NCBI RefSeq assembly: GCF_001194135.2
Contig: NC_068984.1
Span: 46,621,583-46,659,941 of the forward strand
Direction of reading: 5' to 3'
DNA: 38,359 nucleotides
Origin: Octopus bimaculoides
Taxonomy: Eukaryota
In this document: in pieces, positions 33,880 to 38,359 of the stretch
How positions within the stretch are numbered: the first letter of the stretch is position 1
Layout: each line of letters opens with the position of its first letter
The notes under the pieces: model-generated
Seen by the model: only the letters and a program-made list of their open reading frames with translations
What the model was told of the DNA's origin: nothing
Database searches by the model: none
Translations under genes and position numbers: made by a program

Positions 33880-36800
33880 CCTTCCGTAGGGCTCTTGATT
33901 TCTCGGGGAACATGGGGCCGTAACAACACTTTTCCAACGGACTCAGTTCTGAGGGATCCTCTGCGGCTCGGATCACGTCATTCCGGCTGCCCTCACCTCT
34001 GCGTCGACACTCTCGCACCAAGACTGTTTTGGTCGGCCCATTTTTCGGTTCCCCTGTGGGTTCCAGTGAAGGGCCTACTTGGTGACATTTGGTACAGGCT
34101 TTCGTAGCGTGTGGCATCTCCAGCCGCATTTTCGCTTCTTGATATTTGTCTCGATTGGGGCTTGTCTTGTCCAGTCCCACAGTTGTTCACTGGAGACGTC
34201 CTCTGACCGCCTGATTTTAAGCATGTTTCTGAGACGTCTGTTAGTGAACCTCTGGGATCTAGTCTTGCTCACTCTCCATGTTTCTGAGTCATAAAATAGA
34301 ACTGACACAACATTTGTTTTGAAGATCCGGATCTAGTTGTGGAGTGAGAGGGTTGTTTATCTCTAGATTGGTCGCAAAGTGTTGAAGGCGTGACAAGATT
34401 TATTTATTCAGCGTTTAATGTCTTCATCTGTCACGCCATCTTTGCTGACTACACTGCTCGGGGTAACAAAACTGTCGACGTCCTTGATATCTACTTGATG
34501 TAGTCGCACTGGGTCTTGCTGTCTGTTGTTCACTCTCATGGTCTCTGTCTTCTTAATGTTGATCTGGAGGCCAGCCTTTTATGCTTCTTCTGTAACGCGA
34601 CATAGCTTCTCTTGTGCATGTTGCTGCGTGTGGTAGAGAAGACTGATATCGTCCGCGTAGTCTGGGTCTTCCAGCTGTTTATCGAGGGTCCACTGGATGC
34701 CTGTCCTCTTGCCTGCTGTGGCTTTTCTCATGATTCAGTCAACCACCACCAAGAAGATCGTCGGTGAAAGCAAACAACCTTGTCGGACGCCGGGTTGCAC
34801 ATTGAAAGGTTCCGCCAGTTTCCCGCTGTGGATAACTTGACAGGTGGCATCTTCATATGGCTGTTGTATGATGGTGAGGAACTTTTGTGGGAAGCCGCAC
34901 TGGTACATAAGTCTCCAGATGACATCTCTGTTGACACTATGAAAAGTCTTCAGAAAATCGAAAAAGACTGTGTATACGGAAGTCTGCCACTCTAGGGGCT
35001 ACTCGATGATATTCCGCCTTGTCTGTGCAGGATCTATCTTGACGGAAGCCTGTTTGTTCATCCCGAAGTGTCTGGTTCAAGGCAGTCTTCCATCTCTCGA
35101 AGATAATTTTCGTCACTACTTTCCCTGGGATGTATAGCAGCATCATTCCCCTCCAGTTATTGCAGGAATACAGGTCCCTTTTCTGAGGCAGCTTTACAAG
35201 GTGTCCTTTATTCCAGTCTTCTGGCACTCTCTCCTGTTCCTAAATCTTCTTCAGGAGAGGGTGCAACATCTCATTTGAAGTCTGCCTTCAATGCTTCGGG
35301 GCCTGTTGCCTTTCTCGACTTAAGGGACTTGATGGCTTTGGTGATCTCAGTCTTGGTTGGTGGGTTAATGTTGATTTCTAGGAGCTCGGTCGGTTGTGGT
35401 ATGTCTGGCAGGACTGATGGTGGATGTCTGTTTTGTGTTTACTTAGAGTGCTCTGCCCATCGTGCTCTCTGCTTTTCTTCGCCTGGGATAATGTTTCCAT
35501 TCTTGTCTTTGACTGGACGGCTGCGGTTGTTGGCTTTTCCAGAGAGTGTTCTGGTGGTCTCGTGCAGTCTGTTCATGTTTCTTTGGACTGCTACAGTCTC
35601 TGCTTCCTCAGTCAGATCCTCAATGACATTTCTATTGTCATTCCTTGCACTTGTCTTCACATTCCGTTCCCCCCGCCCCAGTAATGTGCTTGTAGTTTTG
35701 TTTTCTCATCTTGAGCTAGTGTCTGGCTGATCTGGTCTCCCAGTTGTTTTCTCTGTGATCAGTTTCCATGTCTCTGTTGTTAACACACTCCTTACGTTTC
35801 CTAGTCTTCTTCCCCATGACTTTTGTGCATGTTGTCCTCCAGACCTCACTCAGTCTGTGTCACTGTTCTTCTATTGTTTCCTCTGGTAATTGTGAAATCG
35901 CACTGAACTTATTCTTCAGTTCAACCTTAAATATTTCTGTTATTTCTTTCTATTTCAGGCTGCGTACGTTGTGCCTGTGTGATGGTCTTCCTGCCCGGTC
36001 GTTGTAGGCTTTCAGCTCGGTCCTGAGGAATGCCACTACCAGGTGGTAATCCGATGTTGCGTCAGCTCCACGCTTCACCCTGACGTCATGCAGATTCCTT
36101 CTTCACTTTCTGTGAATGGTGATGTGGTCATTCTGGATCTCAGTCTTACCATCAGGGGAAATCCATTTTGTCTTGTGAGGAAATACAGCACCTCCTACGA
36201 GAAGGTCCTTGAAGGAACAAAATTCTGTAAAAATTTTTCCCTTTTCATTTCGTTCTCCGATACCGTGTCTGCCCATGAACCGTTCTCTGTCTTTGCTGTC
36301 TGTTTCCACTTTTGCATTCAAGTCTCTCATAAGTATCTTCAGGTCTCTCTTTGTTGTTTCATTCATGACCACTTGGAGCTACTCATAGAACTCTTCTTTG
36401 TCCACTATATTCGCAGCGTTTGTGGGTGGATAGCACTGTAAGATGGTAAATATCCTACCCCTGGAGTTGAAGTTTGCACTCATGATCTTTGGTGACACTA
36501 GTTCCCAGGACAGCATTGCTCATGTTGCCTCAGGTGTCAACATCGGCGCTACTCCATACTAGTGTTACTGGCATTTTCCTGTCCACAGTAGATGATGGTG
36601 TCGCCCCTTGTGAGCCTTGTAAATCCTGTTCTCGTCCATCTTGTCTTGCACAGGCCAAGAATCTTCAGATTATAAATGTTCATCCCCCTTTCCACTGGTG
36701 CATTTTTTCTGCCTCATATAGATATGTTTTTTTTTTAACTAGACCGGGTTGTTTGTCCAATGCTAAACCCACAACCTGGAGGACCAGTTGAGTACTCTTC

Positions 36801-36953
36801 GACCAGTCTCTACTCTTCGACCGGTCTCTATTCTTCGACCCGTCTGGCTTGGCTGACCCTATCAGGAGACAAATCTCCTGCTAGCACAGCTATCATAGTC
36901 ATGGAGACACACAAGCCCCGAAACCAACGACAAGGTGGTACTCATCTGCAAGA
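33880..36953 (-). mobile_element. Full-length decayed RTE-clade LINE (APE + RT) with an 11-bp TSD
   Basis: APE motifs TILQCYPPTN, ILMRDLNAKV, QNDHITI, DATSDYHLV. RT motifs NNWRGMMLL, RDEQTGFR, GVRQGCLLSP, DYADDI (34659-34648). C-terminus ..RWKSVVTAPCSP. TGTAATAATTT at 33869-33879 and 36954-36964. Confidence 0.95.
36793..36846. repeat. Three tandem 18-bp units in the RTE 5' UTR
   Basis: tactcttcgaccagtctc / tactcttcgaccggtctc / tattcttcgacccgtctg. Confidence 0.9.
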
Positions 36954-38189
36954 TGTAATAATTTGCTTGGATTTAAATAACATTTTGGATCTTTGTAGCT
37001 GTTAAGAAGAGAGATAAAAATATAAAAGAGTAAAGTGCTGTAAGATAGACAGATCGGCAAATAAACTAGAAGGATAACAAGAGGGTATAGAATTCTCTAT
37101 CTAATAATAATATAATATAAACCGCTTTCCCTAAGGTAATGCTAGAAGTTAATCTTAATTTATGATTAAAATTTATGATTCGTTATATTTACTTGGTTCA
37201 ATAATAGCTAATTGAATTTCTAGGGTTGCACGCAAACAGAGTATTCAAGGCGATTAATCCCCTTGGTAAGTTGCAACCGAGCTATAATAGATTAATTAAT
37301 GAAATACTTGGCAAAGTTAAATTTCAAAACAGAAATATACTGTCACTGAAGCAGAAAATTTTAGTTCATGAAAAAAAGAAATACGAACGGAAATACTTTT
37401 CATGGCCGCATTTCTTGTAGAAACATGCATTTTAATTAGTTCCGTCTATAACTGCAGAAACATGTATTATTATTATTTTTATTCGCAACTTATATACTAC
37501 GTTCTCGCGCTACCATTTAAGCGGCAATCTTTTTTTTTATCTATTACTTCAGTTAATCTCTATGTATGGATGCCTGTCTACATTGTTAGAAATACTACTG
37601 CTTGCTATGTAATTTACATCTGACCAAACTTTTTTTTTGTTTGCATAATGTTTACTAATGTTAGGAAATAATTAACCTAATGTTAAACATATTAACGCTC
37701 TTAAGGACTGTAATTTTAAAAGATAATATTTTTGAAAAGACAAATATCTCACGGATGTGTTAATCAACTTGTTCTTAGTGGAAAGGAGAAATCCGCATAG
37801 AAACTTAATTAAAATGTAAATAATAAAATCTAAAAATCATAAAAGTATAACCGAAATGTAGTTAAGAATATATCTAGAATCTGTACTCATTTGTAATTCT
37901 GGCTGAGTTGGAAACAAAATCAACTGTCACCTTATTTTTAGCAGTGAATTTGCTGGTTAGTAAACGTATTGAATTGATTTATTTCACATGGAATTATTTT
38001 ATCTAATTCGGTCATAAACATTTTAAAACATTCTTTTATTTATTTTCATAGTTGTTTCAGTAGTGACAACTAGCATGTGTGCTTTTGAATTATAACGAAA
38101 CTGATATCCAAAGTGTATTTCACCAAATAGATCCTTATATAAAAGAGCGGTATATTATTGATTTATACATCTAACTTGCACATATAAGA

Positions 38190-38299
38190 TCCAACAATAC
38201 ATACATGTATACTTGCAGACATGCATGCATACGCATACACGCATACATACGCATGCATGCAAACATACATACATTTCTATCTTTCTCTTTACACATACA

Positions 38300-38359
<60 letters not shown>
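38190..38359. repeat. (CATA/CATG)-rich tract, then (CA)n and (TA)n
   Basis: Direct reading. Confidence 0.95.

Noticed and set aside
33767-36791. Multiple 65-150 aa ORFs on both strands
   Set aside because: All fall inside the RTE LINE; they are broken pieces of its ORF or antisense frames.

Overview
AT-rich, microsatellite-dense eukaryotic DNA with five N-gaps (3270-3358, 10882-11035, 18932-19047, 22642-23165, 23731-23846). The repeat families (tRNA-headed SINEs, Dong/R4, RTE, CR1-like and Penelope-like retroelements, mariners) best fit a coleoid cephalopod, probably Octopus. That assignment is inferred from family recognition, not from a search. I found no host protein-coding exon, tRNA, rRNA or CRISPR array that I can support; every supplied ORF is a simple-repeat artefact, a transposon fragment or unrecognisable. 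The window is a transposon graveyard: three Dong/R4 LINE remnants (one internally deleted but keeping both ends), a Penelope RT fragment followed by a minimal type I hammerhead ribozyme motif, remnants of a second Penelope-like lineage, a full-length DD34D mariner with TIRs and TA duplication, an internally deleted Tc1/mariner (rosa-like) element, a full-length 3.07 kb RTE LINE with a perfect 11-bp target-site duplication, CR1-like fragments and about a dozen SINE pieces. The most interesting unexplained structures are an unclassified ~550-bp non-coding repeat embedded in (TAA)n-type tracts (3 copies), a ~235-bp long-range inverted repeat (15995-18227), a MITE-like element (154-458), a convergent SINE pair that could form dsRNA, and a 3' tail shared by a SINE family and a CR1 LINE. 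I see no evidence of a novel multi-gene system.
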